This document shows positions 1 to 10,846 of a stretch of 64,000 nt of DNA, in pieces. This DNA comes from Bacillales bacterium UBA3207 (GTDB lineage Bacteria; Bacillota_I; Bacilli_A; RFN20; CAG-826). The position numbers were made by a program, and so were the translations under genes. Numbering within the stretch: position 1 is the stretch's first letter; each line of letters begins with the position of its first letter. The stretch covers positions 63,393 through 127,392 of the forward strand of contig DEWP01000017.1 of NCBI GenBank assembly GCA_002363735.1, given 5' to 3'. The notes beneath the pieces are model-generated. The model was not told the origin of the DNA and ran no database searches. It worked only from the letters and a program-made list of their open reading frames with translations.

Positions 1-838
1 GTTTATAATGCGGTCTAGCTCTGTCCCATTTAAAGAAGCTGTAAGCAAGGAGGATCCGCTTTTTGAATAAGATGTATCTTCATCGTTTGCAGTACTCGAG
101 ATGCCAAAAACAATATTTTTAACAGGTTTATTCAGCCAAGTTTTAAATTCAATATTTCCCTCGTTATTTCCCTCGTTTCCGCCTTTACCAAATGCAATTG
201 CACCGCCATAGCTAGAAACGACACCTGGTTTTGATCTTTTCCAAGCCCAGCTTAAATGGCCGAATTGAGAAATTCCATTTCGCTTTCCATTTGGATAAAC
301 AGATGAAGAAACCCATCCAAATTTTTGCTTTTCTTTATCTAAAGACAAAGAAGTTTCATATAAATCATTACTTCCATCATTTGGAAGAATGTGAATAATT
401 AATTTTCTAATATATCGACCTTCAAAGGATTTTGCGGTCAATTCACAAGTACCAGCTCCAAGACATTTTACAACAGCATTTTTGTTATCTGATGTCACAG
501 AGGCAAGTGTCGACGTATTCAAAGAATACGTAATAATGGATTCATCATCATTAAATGCTTTGGTGACAGAACCTTTTACATTTAGAATATCGCCAACACG
601 AGAATAAATTTCTTTATTAGGGTCAATCGAGATAGATTGAATATGACTTGGAGCTATTCCAGGTGTTCCTTCATATCCTCCATAATCTGGAAGATCATCA
701 AAAGTTGGGACGGGTTGATAAGTTGGAGTTTTTGGAGTTGATGAAGAAACTTTCTTTCCATTACCACCACTTTGATTACACGCAGCTAAAAGAACAACTG
801 CAATAAATGGAATTATAATTCTCCTCAGTTTCATCATA
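1..838 (-). CDS. Lipoprotein with bacterial Ig-like (Big_2-type) region; 3' part lies beyond the window start
   Basis: A minus-strand frame runs open from the ATG at 838 to the window edge. It starts with a signal peptide and lipobox (MMKLRRIIIPFIAVVLLAAC), has an AAGGA RBS upstream, and contains a KCLGAGTCELTAKS Ig-like segment. It is absent from the ORF track because there is no stop inside the window. Confidence 0.5.
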
Positions 839-872
839 TTTCCTTCTTAATTATATTAGCACACTAATAATG

Positions 873-2435
873 TTAATTGTGACATTTATATTTCGAGACG
901 CGGAATTCAAGCGTCTTTGCACCTCTAAATGAGGAAAGATTAAAGTTGCCTTCTAAATTAACATAAGGATAACTTTGAATTTCATCTTTTTTCATATTAA
1001 ATCCAAGTAATTTTGATTGGATTGTTAATGGAGTTGATAAATGTTTTCCATCAGAGATAAATGTTAAACCACGAGTTGGAATATTCTCAATAGAGAATAA
1101 TGGCTCTTCAAAACCCATGCCAAACGGAGCAAAAGATCTCACAATTTGGTAATTTGACATCGTGATTTCTGACATCATTAAAGGAATCGTTGGTTTATTT
1201 GTTTCTTCGATTTGATATTCTTCACAAAGTTTCAAAAAATCTTTCTTAAAAGAATCAAAATCAGCTTCTTTAATTGATAAGCCACCAGCAAAAGAATGTC
1301 CCCCACCAGTGACAAGATATTTTTCTAAAGATTGGAATGCTTTTGTGACATTAAATCCTTCTTTGGAACGAATTGATCCTTTTAAAATATCCGGGTGCAG
1401 TAAATCACGCGTAAAAACTAAAGAAGGAACGTTATATAGATTTAAAAATCTATTCGCGATTAATCCAATAATGCCTTCTTTTGTTTCAATATTGACACAG
1501 ATTCCGGCTAAATTAGAGAAATCTTCTTTTAGATTATCAACTGTTGATTTGGTAATCTCTTTTCTTTGCGCGTTGATTTGGTTAATCCAGTCGCAAAGAG
1601 AATAAACATCTTGGTCATTACTATCCGTGAAATATTTGACGAGTAAATTCGCCTCATTTTTCTCCATCATGCGACCAATTGCATTGATTTTTGGAGCAAT
1701 TTCCATTGAGAAAGTTTTCTCACTAATAATTGGAGACTCCGCTAATAAGCGGAGAGGTAAGTACTTATTCTTCTCAAAATAATGGATGGCTAAACGAACA
1801 ACATCTCGGTTAATTCCTTTTAATTCCATTAAATCTGAGATAACGCTTAATCCAGCAATCGTGACTAAATATTCATCATATGAACCTAGTAATGCACCCG
1901 AGACAAATAAAGCCATGTAGCCACCTGAGCCAATGACATCAGAAATCTCTGAAACTGTTGGATGAATAATTTCATAAGCTTCCGTTCTTTCTTCTGGGAC
2001 TTCGTGATGGTCAACAACAATGACATCAATACCAAGTTCTTTTGCGCGATGAATGGCTTCATGTTGAGAAATACCATTATCAACACAAATAATTAATTTA
2101 AATCCTGCTTCAGCAATCTTTTCGACGTTTTTAACATTAAGCCCATAACCATCTAAATATCGAGATGGAATGTAATAAGAGACATGATAATTTAAAATCT
2201 GGAAGGTACGATACATAATGGACGTTGCACTAATTCCATCACAATCATAATCTCCATAAATAATGATTTTTTCGTTATTTTTGATCGCTTCAAAAATGCG
2301 AGATTTAACGCGGTTCATTCCCTTAATTGAGGTTGGTTCAAGGAGATGAACATCCTCAATTGGACGAGATAAAATCTCATATTCTTTTTCGCTTAAATGA
2401 TAATAATTTAATAGTTCGGTAAGTAAGCTGTTCAT
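873..2435 (-). CDS. recJ: DHH/DHHA1 single-stranded-DNA exonuclease RecJ-like
   Basis: It has a DHH motif (VVDHHEVP) and a DHHA1 GGGH motif. It sits next to secDF, as in Bacillus-type synteny. Confidence 0.75.
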   Translation of the reverse strand: MNSLLTELLNYYHLSEKEYEILSRPIEDVHLLEPTSIKGMNRVKSRIFEAIKNNEKIIIYGDYDCDGISATSIMYRTFQILNYHVSYYIPSRYLDGYGLNVKNVEKIAEAGFKLIICVDNGISQHEAIHRAKELGIDVIVVDHHEVPEERTEAYEIIHPTVSEISDVIGSGGYMALFVSGALLGSYDEYLVTIAGLSVISDLMELKGINRDVVRLAIHYFEKNKYLPLRLLAESPIISEKTFSMEIAPKINAIGRMMEKNEANLLVKYFTDSNDQDVYSLCDWINQINAQRKEITKSTVDNLKEDFSNLAGICVNIETKEGIIGLIANRFLNLYNVPSLVFTRDLLHPDILKGSIRSKEGFNVTKAFQSLEKYLVTGGGHSFAGGLSIKEADFDSFKKDFLKLCEEYQIEETNKPTIPLMMSEITMSNYQIVRSFAPFGMGFEEPLFSIENIPTRGLTFISDGKHLSTPLTIQSKLLGFNMKKDEIQSYPYVNLEGNFNLSSFRGAKTLEFRVSKYKCHN

Positions 2436-2472
2436 AGATAAATTAAAGGGCTATTAAATAGCCCTATAAAAG

Positions 2473-5157
2473 TTAATCGTTAATTCCGATAAAGATTGTT
2501 TCTTGTGGTTCGCTTGTCTTTGGTTTAAGTGAACGTTGTTTATTCTCTTTATTGCGACGTAATTTTGGTAAGTGAATTTTGGAGAATAATCTGTCAAATA
2601 ATCCGGCAAGAGGACCCATTAAGGTGAGTAAGAACAAGACAGTCAGAATTGTTCCAACAATCACTGCACCAAATAAGACAGTTAATTGAACTGGACCAAA
2701 TCCGAAGAAGTTAATGGCGAGATATCCACCAATTAAACTAAATGTGAAGATTGGTAGAGCGCTCAGACTTGTTGCGCGAGCAATTAATGCACTTCGTTTT
2801 GAAGCATCATATGCTTTTTCTTCTTTATCGAGTTCTTTTTCTCTACTTAAGTAGAAGAGCGCAGTTAATAAACTTGAAACGGCCACAATTGGAAGCAAAA
2901 TTGCGCTAACTGGAGCAGTTGCAATTCGAGTTAAAGTAAGTAATCCGTAAGTTGTTGTAGTAACACCAGCACTTAAGACAAGAGCACTACAAGCACGTGA
3001 CAGACGATAACGGAAAGCAATATAAACAACTGCTGCCGCTAAAGTAATTCCTGTTGCCAAAGCAATATCACCTTGATTTGGTGTCGCAACAGTTTCACTT
3101 GTTGTACGAACATCAGCGCTAACACCACTAGAAACAACTTCATAGTTCATCACGAGTTCTTCAATTGCTTCCTCAACTGTGTCAACATCAGTTAATGTTT
3201 CACCGACTTTGTATTGAACGTTTTTGTTAGTGATTGTTGAACCGAGTTTAGAGACATAACAATAAGTTGTTTTCTCAAGTTTTTCATCAAGATCATAACT
3301 CTTTGTTTCTTCTAAATCGATGGTGACATTTTTCACATCGATGGCTTTGCCATCAATGATAACGTTTTTCAAGATTTCATCACTAAAGAGAGTTGTGTTT
3401 AATCGATCATCATCAATTTGAATTGATGTATAAATAACAGTTTTATTATCCGCATCTTTTTTCACGTTAATTGGTGAACCATTGATGGCACCAAAAGTGA
3501 TGATGCCAGCAAGTGAAGCGGCTAATAAGACTCCACCAACAATACCAAAGACTTTGCGTTTCTTTGTAAAGTCTGTTTTTTCATATGGACTTTCATAACT
3601 TGGTTTTTCATCTAAAGCGATGTTTGGAACCTTGCTTTCATCGATATTAAATAAATTGTATTTATTTTGAATACCAGTTGTATTCGCGAGTAACCAGTTT
3701 AATAAACGATAAACGAGTTGGAATAAAATTAATCCAATAATTGAACCAAAGAATGTAATCACACCAAATGGTTTTAATGCTTCACCACCTAAAAGGTAGA
3801 ATAGTAAGCCACTAGCAGCCACAATCACTGAACCATCTAAAACAACAAGGTTTGATCTTCTCATTGCTTCTTGGTGCGCTTTCTTTAAACTACGTCCTTT
3901 ATAAACTTCATCACGGAAGCGATGCATGTAGAGGACTTCACTAAAGATTAAAAGAAGGACAACAACAATTCCACCAATGATGGCTGAAACATTAAATGTT
4001 GGAGTCATCGCAAAGAATAAGAGGAATGTTAAGAATAAATTTAACAAAGTTGTCGCAATGGCGGAAAGTGATTGCAAACGGAAGAACATTACTAAAAGTA
4101 ATGAGACAATCACAATTGCAATTAAAGTTGCTTTTAGTGTGGCCGAGAAAGCAAGTTTTGCATTGTTGCCTTCAAATGAAACTAAAGCTTCATATGATGG
4201 ACTAACTGTTAAGTAGTTATATTGAATTCCACCATCAACAGTAACGTTTTTGAATTTGTTTGTGACAACAACATCATATTCTTTTGCATTGAACATTCCT
4301 AAAAGGAATGATGCTTGTTGATTAGCTTTCTTTAAGGCGGTTAAATCATATTCACCTGATTCATTAGCACTTCCGCAAAGGAAACGAAGTTCAGTTTCAG
4401 CTTCTTTTGAATCTGGATTCCAAATGTTTTCATGGTTCCAAGAACAAACGATTTTTTCTGCTGAATATGGATTATCGGATGCTTTTTCAATCGAGTCATC
4501 ATCTCCCCAGTTACCAACTAAGAAGACATCAGGAGTGCTACCTTCTTCACTTTCGCCTTCACCTTCACTTACTTCAGCGTATTTACGTTCAAGAGGAAGA
4601 GCGTTTTTGTTCCCTTCGTCTTCTTCATCATCACCGCTAACAACTTTTAAGAAAGTTTTTACAGCATCAGCATCAGAAACAGGGAAAATGACATAAGGAA
4701 TTGTTCCAGAATCACGCCAAATACGTGCTTCAACGTTATCAAAGACGTTTTCAGCAAAGGCTTCATCAAGGTTTCCTCTTAAAGAGAAGTTTTTACCAGA
4801 GAATTCAAGTAAACGAGAAACATAGTTAAATAAAGTGTCGTCTTGGGTAGCGAAAGAAACGGAAATTGTGTCGGCATAAACTTGGTTTGGGTCATCCTCG
4901 TTTGTACCGATTTTAACGGAATAATCTTCGACATTGAGTAAATCAAGACGTTCCTTCATGATGTTAGCAACTTTTTCAGCTGCTCCAGCATCAACTGGAT
5001 CTTCTGGATTTTCTTTGTTTTCTAAGGTGTAAACTATTTCACGACCGGAAGCGAATTCACGGCCTTCTTTCATTTTAATAAATGTTGGACTAAAAGATAC
5101 GCCAACCCCGATTAGGATTGCGATAACCAACGAAATATAAGCAATTAAACGACGCAT
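2473..5157 (-). CDS. secDF: Fused protein-export membrane protein SecDF
   Basis: It is 894 aa with two blocks of multiple TM helices and large extracytoplasmic loops, a typical SecD-SecF fusion. Confidence 0.85.
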   Translation of the reverse strand: MRRLIAYISLVIAILIGVGVSFSPTFIKMKEGREFASGREIVYTLENKENPEDPVDAGAAEKVANIMKERLDLLNVEDYSVKIGTNEDDPNQVYADTISVSFATQDDTLFNYVSRLLEFSGKNFSLRGNLDEAFAENVFDNVEARIWRDSGTIPYVIFPVSDADAVKTFLKVVSGDDEEDEGNKNALPLERKYAEVSEGEGESEEGSTPDVFLVGNWGDDDSIEKASDNPYSAEKIVCSWNHENIWNPDSKEAETELRFLCGSANESGEYDLTALKKANQQASFLLGMFNAKEYDVVVTNKFKNVTVDGGIQYNYLTVSPSYEALVSFEGNNAKLAFSATLKATLIAIVIVSLLLVMFFRLQSLSAIATTLLNLFLTFLLFFAMTPTFNVSAIIGGIVVVLLLIFSEVLYMHRFRDEVYKGRSLKKAHQEAMRRSNLVVLDGSVIVAASGLLFYLLGGEALKPFGVITFFGSIIGLILFQLVYRLLNWLLANTTGIQNKYNLFNIDESKVPNIALDEKPSYESPYEKTDFTKKRKVFGIVGGVLLAASLAGIITFGAINGSPINVKKDADNKTVIYTSIQIDDDRLNTTLFSDEILKNVIIDGKAIDVKNVTIDLEETKSYDLDEKLEKTTYCYVSKLGSTITNKNVQYKVGETLTDVDTVEEAIEELVMNYEVVSSGVSADVRTTSETVATPNQGDIALATGITLAAAVVYIAFRYRLSRACSALVLSAGVTTTTYGLLTLTRIATAPVSAILLPIVAVSSLLTALFYLSREKELDKEEKAYDASKRSALIARATSLSALPIFTFSLIGGYLAINFFGFGPVQLTVLFGAVIVGTILTVLFLLTLMGPLAGLFDRLFSKIHLPKLRRNKENKQRSLKPKTSEPQETIFIGIND

Positions 5158-5342
5158 ATTTTGTTTCTCTTTCTAATTTTTCTCACCTAAATTATTAAAT
5201 TTAGTTTGCTTTTAAAGAATACTACTACTCCTTTGCTTTAGCAAGAAGAGTTTTCTTTCGAGCTATTTAAATTTATTAGTGAAAATTTCATAAATGAAAA
5301 ATTTACAATATCTTAGTAATACAAAATTACCGAATTAATCGA

Positions 5343-6344
5343 TTAAATTTTATCTTTCTTCTTTTGATGATACTTTGTAAAGTATTGTTTACCTTTCGGA
5401 GTGATTTCCCTTCCCCGAGGTGTCCTGTTAATAAAACCGATTTTGATTAAGTAAGGTTCTAAAACTTCTTCCAGCGTGTTTGGGTCTTCTTCAAAGGTAG
5501 ACGCTAAAGTCTCTAACCCAACTGGACCACCATTAAAACGGAAAATAAGTTGTTTAAGATAAGATAAATCTAGTTCATCTAATCCGATTGGATCGATGCC
5601 AATTCGTTCTAATGCTTGCTTCGTGATTTCGATGGAAATTTTTTCCTTATTTTCATTCGTTGCAAAGTCTCTGACGCGTCTTAAAATTCGGTTGACAATT
5701 CGTGGGGTTCCTCGCCCTCGAATCGCGATTTCGTGAGCTGATTCATCATCAATTTTATTGCCTAAAACTTTCGCTGCTCTTTTAATGATTTGTTCTAAAT
5801 CTTCTACTTTGTAGAAATCTAACTTAATATTAATGCCAAATCGTTGACGAAGTGGCCAAGAAAGATTACTGACTTTTGTCGTTGCTCCAACAACTGTAAA
5901 TGGCGGTAAATTAATCTCCATATTTTGAGAATCTTTATCGTGCGAAATCAGAAGATTAATTTTAAAATCTTCCATCGCACTATATAGGAATTCTTCCACC
6001 ACTTTTGGGATCCGATGAATCTCGTCAATAAAGACAATTTCGCCTGGTTCAACTGAAGAAAGAATTGAAGCCATATCGGCGATTGATTCAATTGTTGGGC
6101 CATTGACATAAGTTAATTTTTGACCAGATTCACCAGCAATGACATAAGCGATCGAAGTCTTTCCTAGACCTGCTGGACCATAAACTAAAACGTGATCAAG
6201 AGCTTCTTTTCTCTTTTTAGCAGCGTTTAAATAGACTTTTAGATTCTCGATTTCTTTATTTTGCCCAAAGAAATCTTTAAATGCATGCGGTCTTAAAACG
6301 CTATCAACTTTTTCTTCATGATTATTTAATAGAGTGTTTCGCAT
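5343..6344 (-). CDS. ruvB: Holliday junction helicase RuvB
   Basis: Walker A motif GPAGLGKTS and overall AAA+ RuvB similarity. Confidence 0.95.
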   Translation of the reverse strand: MRNTLLNNHEEKVDSVLRPHAFKDFFGQNKEIENLKVYLNAAKKRKEALDHVLVYGPAGLGKTSIAYVIAGESGQKLTYVNGPTIESIADMASILSSVEPGEIVFIDEIHRIPKVVEEFLYSAMEDFKINLLISHDKDSQNMEINLPPFTVVGATTKVSNLSWPLRQRFGINIKLDFYKVEDLEQIIKRAAKVLGNKIDDESAHEIAIRGRGTPRIVNRILRRVRDFATNENKEKISIEITKQALERIGIDPIGLDELDLSYLKQLIFRFNGGPVGLETLASTFEEDPNTLEEVLEPYLIKIGFINRTPRGREITPKGKQYFTKYHQKKKDKI

Positions 6345-6897
6345 ATGGTCTAAGTCTCCTTAAAGCTTCTTTAATGATTTCTTCATTTGATGCATCGGGA
6401 ATATTAATCGAGGCAAGCACAGAATTAATCTCCTTTAATCGATAACCAAGATGACGTAATGCACACTGCACTTCATCATACTGATTCACATTAATGTTTT
6501 GATTTAAATCAAAAAAGCCTCTTAAATCTAAAAGAATTTGTGCAGATGCACGTTGTCCAATTCCTTTGATACTTCTTAAAAAGAAGATGTTATTTGCTTC
6601 GATTGCTTGTTTTAATTCTTTATAATCGCATTCTCCAAGAATTTTTAATGCGGTTTTTGGACCAATACCATTCACGATATTTAATCCTAAATAAAGATCT
6701 CTTTCTTCTATTGAAGAAAATCCTACTAAATAAATTTCTTCTTCTTTAAATACCATTTCGGTATAAATTTTGAGTTGGTCGCCAACTCGATATTGATGTG
6801 GTCGAGCAACAGCAATCTTATAACCAATAGAATTACTCTCTAAGACAATTCCTTGATGAAGTATCTTGGTAACTCGACCGATAAAATAGTCAAACAT
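6322..6897 (-). CDS. ruvA: Holliday junction DNA-binding protein RuvA
   Basis: 191 aa with RuvA N-terminal OB fold and HhH signatures. It overlaps ruvB. Confidence 0.9.
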   Translation of the reverse strand: MFDYFIGRVTKILHQGIVLESNSIGYKIAVARPHQYRVGDQLKIYTEMVFKEEEIYLVGFSSIEERDLYLGLNIVNGIGPKTALKILGECDYKELKQAIEANNIFFLRSIKGIGQRASAQILLDLRGFFDLNQNINVNQYDEVQCALRHLGYRLKEINSVLASINIPDASNEEIIKEALRRLRPYAKHSIK

Positions 6898-6992
6898 ACT
6901 ACGTTGACTCCTTTCTCGTTATTTCCCTTATACTTCTTAATACGCAAAAAAGGTGGTATTTTTTCCACCTTTTTTAAATTTTTTTAATTTTT

Positions 6993-7724
6993 TTATCTTT
7001 TTGGAGGCTTTGGACTTGGGATCTCAGAGCGCTTATGTTCACTGATTTTATGTAGATGTTCAATACGATTTTTTGCTTCGATTGAGACTTCTTTACCTAA
7101 AAGGTAATTATCTAGTTCTTCATAAGTTACACCCATTTCTTTTTCGTCAGTTTGACCCTCAAATAAACCAGCAGAAGGAGTGCGATTATATAAATCTTCA
7201 CTTAATCCATACATTTTGGCAGCTTCTCTAACTTCTTGCTTTGTTAAATGAACAATTGGGAGTAAATCAGCAGCTCCATCACCGTATTTGGTGAAGTAGC
7301 CAACATAACGTTCATCATAATTATCAGTTCCTAATACAAGTGCACTGTGTTCTTGTGCGTATGCAAATAATGCACACATACGCATGCGTACCTTTAAATT
7401 AGATTTAGATAAGCGCATGAAATCATTTCCTTTTAATTCATCTAAATAAGAATGATAAGTTTTTGATAAAGAAATGATTTCTAAATGAACATCAAGTTGC
7501 TTGGCAACCTTTTTAGCATCTAAGATATCGCTTGGATGAGAATCAATATCGACGGCATAACAAAATAATTTATCTTTTCCGACAGCGCTTTTAGCAATCG
7601 CGGCAACTAAAGATGAATCTACGCCACCACTTAGACCTAAAACATAGCCTTTACAGTTTGATGTTGCTAAATAATCCTTTAAAAAGGATTCGATTTCTAA
7701 TAAATAAGCTTTTAAGTTTTCCAT
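6993..7724 (-). CDS. nadE: NH3-dependent NAD+ synthetase
   Basis: PP-loop motif GLSGGVDSS. Length 243 aa. Confidence 0.9.
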   Translation of the reverse strand: MENLKAYLLEIESFLKDYLATSNCKGYVLGLSGGVDSSLVAAIAKSAVGKDKLFCYAVDIDSHPSDILDAKKVAKQLDVHLEIISLSKTYHSYLDELKGNDFMRLSKSNLKVRMRMCALFAYAQEHSALVLGTDNYDERYVGYFTKYGDGAADLLPIVHLTKQEVREAAKMYGLSEDLYNRTPSAGLFEGQTDEKEMGVTYEELDNYLLGKEVSIEAKNRIEHLHKISEHKRSEIPSPKPPKR

Positions 7725-9010
7725 TATTCTAAATATTCGAATTCAAAGTCGCATAAGAAGACGCTGTCGCCATCTTCAGCACCAGCTTCTCGTAATGCTT
7801 CTTCCACATCGATCTTTCTTAAATAATTAATTAAACGCATCATTCCTTCATCTGTGGAAATATTAATCAAAGAATAAGTTCTTTCAATTGATTCACCAAC
7901 AAGACGGAAGACGTGATCTTTTTCTTTTTTCACTTCAAAGATTGGTTTTTGATCTTTATAAGCATCATAAACTCTTGTGGCGACTTTTTCTTCAGTTCCC
8001 ATTAACGGGAATGGTTCAGTACTTGAAACAAGTTCATAACATTTCTTAATTAACGTTTGAACTCCATCATGAGTTAATGAAGAAATTGGAATAACATCTT
8101 GTTTGACTTTCTTTTTAAACTCTCTGAGTTTATCAGTAGCGCCATCTTCATCCATCTTACTTGCCACAATAATTAATGGACGTTTTTCTAAACCCATTCC
8201 GTATTCTTGTAGTTCTTTTTGGATTTGCAAAAAGGATTGGTATGGATCTTCGTCACTCATCGAAACAAGATGAACAATGACGCGACATCTTTCAAGATGT
8301 CTTAAGAAGGTTAAACCAAGGCCTTTACCTAAATGAGCCCCTTCAATTAATCCAGGAAGATCAGCCATGACAAATGTTTCATATTTTGAGACATTAACAA
8401 CGCCTAAATTTGGAGCAATAGTCGTAAATGGATAATCAGCAATCTCTGGGTTTGCATTACTTACAACACTTAAAAGTGTTGACTTACCAGCATTTGGAAG
8501 ACCAACTAGTCCAACATCAGCAAGAAGTTTTAATTCTAAAATAAGACGTTTTGTTTCACCTGGTAGGCCGTTTTCGGCAATGCGAGGAACGCGGTTCTTG
8601 TCTGATTTAAAAGCAGCATTTCCACGGCCTCCTCGACCACCTTTAGCGACCACTACTTCTTGACCATCTGTTGATAAATCACATAAAAATTCATGGTCTT
8701 TTTCTAAATAAACAACTGTGCCAACTGGAACATCAACATAAACATCGTCAGCACCACGTCCATATTTATTCTTTGTTAAACCTTTTCCACCATCTTGGCC
8801 AATGATGACTTTTGAGTGGCGGAAATTATATAACGTGTTAATCGATTTGTTCGCGCGAAAAATAATCGAAGCACCACGACCACCATTTCCACCACTAGGT
8901 CCGCCTTTAGCAACGTACTTTTCATGAAGAAAGGCAATCATTCCGTCTCCGCCTTTTCCAGATCGAACTTCAACAATAACTCGGTCAATAAACATGTCTA
9001 CATTATACAC
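7724..9010 (-). CDS. obg: GTPase Obg
   Basis: Gly-rich Obg fold, GTPase motifs G1-G4 (GLPNAGKST) and a C-terminal OCT domain. A TGTATAAT -10 element lies just upstream. Confidence 0.95.
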   Translation of the reverse strand: MYNVDMFIDRVIVEVRSGKGGDGMIAFLHEKYVAKGGPSGGNGGRGASIIFRANKSINTLYNFRHSKVIIGQDGGKGLTKNKYGRGADDVYVDVPVGTVVYLEKDHEFLCDLSTDGQEVVVAKGGRGGRGNAAFKSDKNRVPRIAENGLPGETKRLILELKLLADVGLVGLPNAGKSTLLSVVSNANPEIADYPFTTIAPNLGVVNVSKYETFVMADLPGLIEGAHLGKGLGLTFLRHLERCRVIVHLVSMSDEDPYQSFLQIQKELQEYGMGLEKRPLIIVASKMDEDGATDKLREFKKKVKQDVIPISSLTHDGVQTLIKKCYELVSSTEPFPLMGTEEKVATRVYDAYKDQKPIFEVKKEKDHVFRLVGESIERTYSLINISTDEGMMRLINYLRKIDVEEALREAGAEDGDSVFLCDFEFEYLE

Positions 9011-9025
9011 GTATCACATAATAAA

Positions 9026-9085
9026 AGACCACTAATTTGTGGTCTTCATTAATAGAGCAAAATAAAAGACCTCTTAAGAGGTCTA
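9026..9085 (-). terminator. Two tandem rho-independent terminators after rpmA, followed by the obg promoter
   Basis: Hairpins aagaccactaatttgtggtctt and aagacctcttaagaggtct are each followed by a T-run on the minus strand. A TGTATAAT box follows before obg. Confidence 0.6.
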
Positions 9086-9095
9086 ATATTTCAAC

Positions 9096-9377
9096 TTACT
9101 TGGCGTAAACGCTGACGCGTGTTTTGCTACGGCCAACGCGTTCATATTTACAAATACCAGAGATTGTTGCGAAAATTGTATCATCTCCACCACGTTTGGT
9201 ATTGACGCCTGGAAGAATTTTTGTTCCTCTTTGACGGTAAATAATTGAACCAGCAGTGCAGTACTCACCATCGGAGACTTTACTACCGAGACGTTTGGAT
9301 TCGCTATCACGTCCGTTTTTAGTTGAACCAACACCTTTTTTAGAAGCAAAGAGTTGGATATTTAATCTAAATAACAT
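9096..9377 (-). CDS. rpmA: 50S ribosomal protein L27 with N-terminal propeptide
   Basis: [15 protein letters not shown]... is the Prp cleavage-type extension, followed by an L27 core. Confidence 0.95.
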   Translation of the reverse strand: MLFRLNIQLFASKKGVGSTKNGRDSESKRLGSKVSDGEYCTAGSIIYRQRGTKILPGVNTKRGGDDTIFATISGICKYERVGRSKTRVSVYAK

Positions 9378-9379
9378 AA

Positions 9380-9745
9380 CTAATTTCCTTTCTCGATTAT
9401 CTCAATGTATTTTGGATAAGCTTCTTCAATTGTTTTTAATTGAATTAGCATTGTCTCAAGAACATTATAATCGTGCTCATTCGCCGTTTTTAATTCTGCG
9501 ATTTCGAAGTAACCATCATTTGTTTTGAATGTATAACATTCAGGATGCTCGATTGCATTAGCTCCACCAGTGACGATTGAACTAACACCAGCACAGATGA
9601 GGTCTTCTCCTTTTGGGGCAGAATTAGAATGGCCTTTCACTAATATACTTTTAATTTTTTGTTCTGCTTTTATGACAGTAACTCTGATCATATTAAGCAA
9701 CGATGCTTTCGATAACAACGCAAGTATATGGTTGACGATGACCAA
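9380..9745 (-). CDS. prp: Ribosomal-processing cysteine protease Prp
   Basis: Its position between rplU and rpmA and its ~100-aa size fit Prp. The real start is probably the internal Met at about 9691, which removes the overlap with rplU. Confidence 0.8.
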   Translation of the reverse strand: MVIVNHILALLSKASLLNMIRVTVIKAEQKIKSILVKGHSNSAPKGEDLICAGVSSIVTGGANAIEHPECYTFKTNDGYFEIAELKTANEHDYNVLETMLIQLKTIEEAYPKYIEIIEKGN

Positions 9746-10004
9746 TCATACGACGAGCGGAATTATGTTTAGCTTTGTATTTGTAGATGCGAATCTTTTT
9801 ACCAAGTCCGTTTTTGACGACTTTCGCGGTTACTTTCGCTCCTTCGACATATGGAGTTCCAACTTTCACTTCTTTGTCAGCAACGAGAAGAACTTTGTCA
9901 AAATTGACTGATTTGTTTTCTTCAACGTCAAGTTTTTCAACAAAAACTTTTTGTCCGACTTCGACGCGAACTTGTTTTCCACCAGTTTCAATGATAGCGT
10001 ACAT
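9693..10004 (-). CDS. rplU: 50S ribosomal protein L21
   Basis: Starts [18 protein letters not shown], a strong L21 match. Confidence 0.95.
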   Translation of the reverse strand: MYAIIETGGKQVRVEVGQKVFVEKLDVEENKSVNFDKVLLVADKEVKVGTPYVEGAKVTAKVVKNGLGKKIRIYKYKAKHNSARRMIGHRQPYTCVVIESIVA

Positions 10005-10095
10005 AAATATACCTCGACTTTCTCACTTAGACTCGCTATTAAGGTCTATTGCCAAAGGCAATAAGTTCGTTACCTTTTCTATGCGGTTGTAGCTC
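10005..10095 (-). ncRNA. Candidate L21-leader-type structured 5' UTR of the rplU-prp-rpmA operon
   Basis: The ~90-nt leader carries a perfect hairpin (tattgccaaaggcaata) and a second helix immediately upstream of the rplU RBS. A ribosomal-protein autoregulatory leader is known at this position in low-GC Gram-positives. Confidence 0.35.
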
Positions 10096-10165
10096 GTGAG
10101 GCGACAACGTTATTAATAATATTATTAATCAATGTTTTTGTAAACATTTTTTTACATAAGTAAAT

Positions 10166-10846
10166 CTATTTTGTCTTAAAATGGCCATGATCAAAAAACG
10201 AATAATAACCGTTTTTATAGATAATGACATGGTCTAAAAGTTTTATTCCGAATTCATCTAATCTGTCTTTGATAATGACTGTTGAAATAACATCATTTTG
10301 ACTAGGAAATTTCGCTCCATCAGGATGATTATGGACCAAGATAAAATAGGAACATTTTGCATCCAATAAATCTCCAATGATTTCTTTGAAATCAAAAGAA
10401 CATGATTCAAATGTTCCTTGATACTTTCTTCGCTCCCGAACAATTTCTTTTTTTCTATTAAGCATTACTAAAATTAAAACTTCGTAATCGTAGTCTTCTA
10501 GATAACGAAATCGTTCAAAAATTTGCTGACTAGAAACAATCGGAAAATCAGATGCATTTTGTTGAGATAAAAGACGTTTATGAAGTTCAAAAGCAGCAAG
10601 TAGTTTTAAAGCAGAAATTTTATTTAAGCCTTTTTGCTTTTTAAGCGATTCAATCGAAGCATTTGCTAAAAATGATAATGTGATAAACGTCTCTAATAGA
10701 GACTTAGCGATTTCGATTGCGGACTGACCTTTGACCCCGCTACCAATTAAAAGAGCTAACAGTTCATGATTTTCCAGTGATTCGATACCAAAACAAAGTG
10801 CTTTTTCTCTTGGCTTTGCCTCCTTAGGTAAGTCAGCAATTTTCAT
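10166..10846 (-). CDS. radC: DNA repair protein RadC (JAMM/MPN family)
   Basis: HNHPDG-like JAMM motif (VHNHPDGAKFPS). The track start at 10864 is a TTG. The ATG at 10846 (MKIADLP) overlaps the stop of an upstream small ORF. Confidence 0.85.
   Translation of the reverse strand: MKIADLPKEAKPREKALCFGIESLENHELLALLIGSGVKGQSAIEIAKSLLETFITLSFLANASIESLKKQKGLNKISALKLLAAFELHKRLLSQQNASDFPIVSSQQIFERFRYLEDYDYEVLILVMLNRKKEIVRERRKYQGTFESCSFDFKEIIGDLLDAKCSYFILVHNHPDGAKFPSQNDVISTVIIKDRLDEFGIKLLDHVIIYKNGYYSFFDHGHFKTK

Noticed and set aside
3977-4696. Track ORFs on the + strand inside secDF (3977-4216, 3996-4205, 4407-4640, 4424-4696), and similar antisense ORFs inside alaS, pnp, infB, nusA, ftsK and the LRR gene
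   Set aside because: They lie entirely antisense within long, well-supported genes, lack RBSs and have low-complexity compositions. They are spurious open frames typical of AT-rich DNA.
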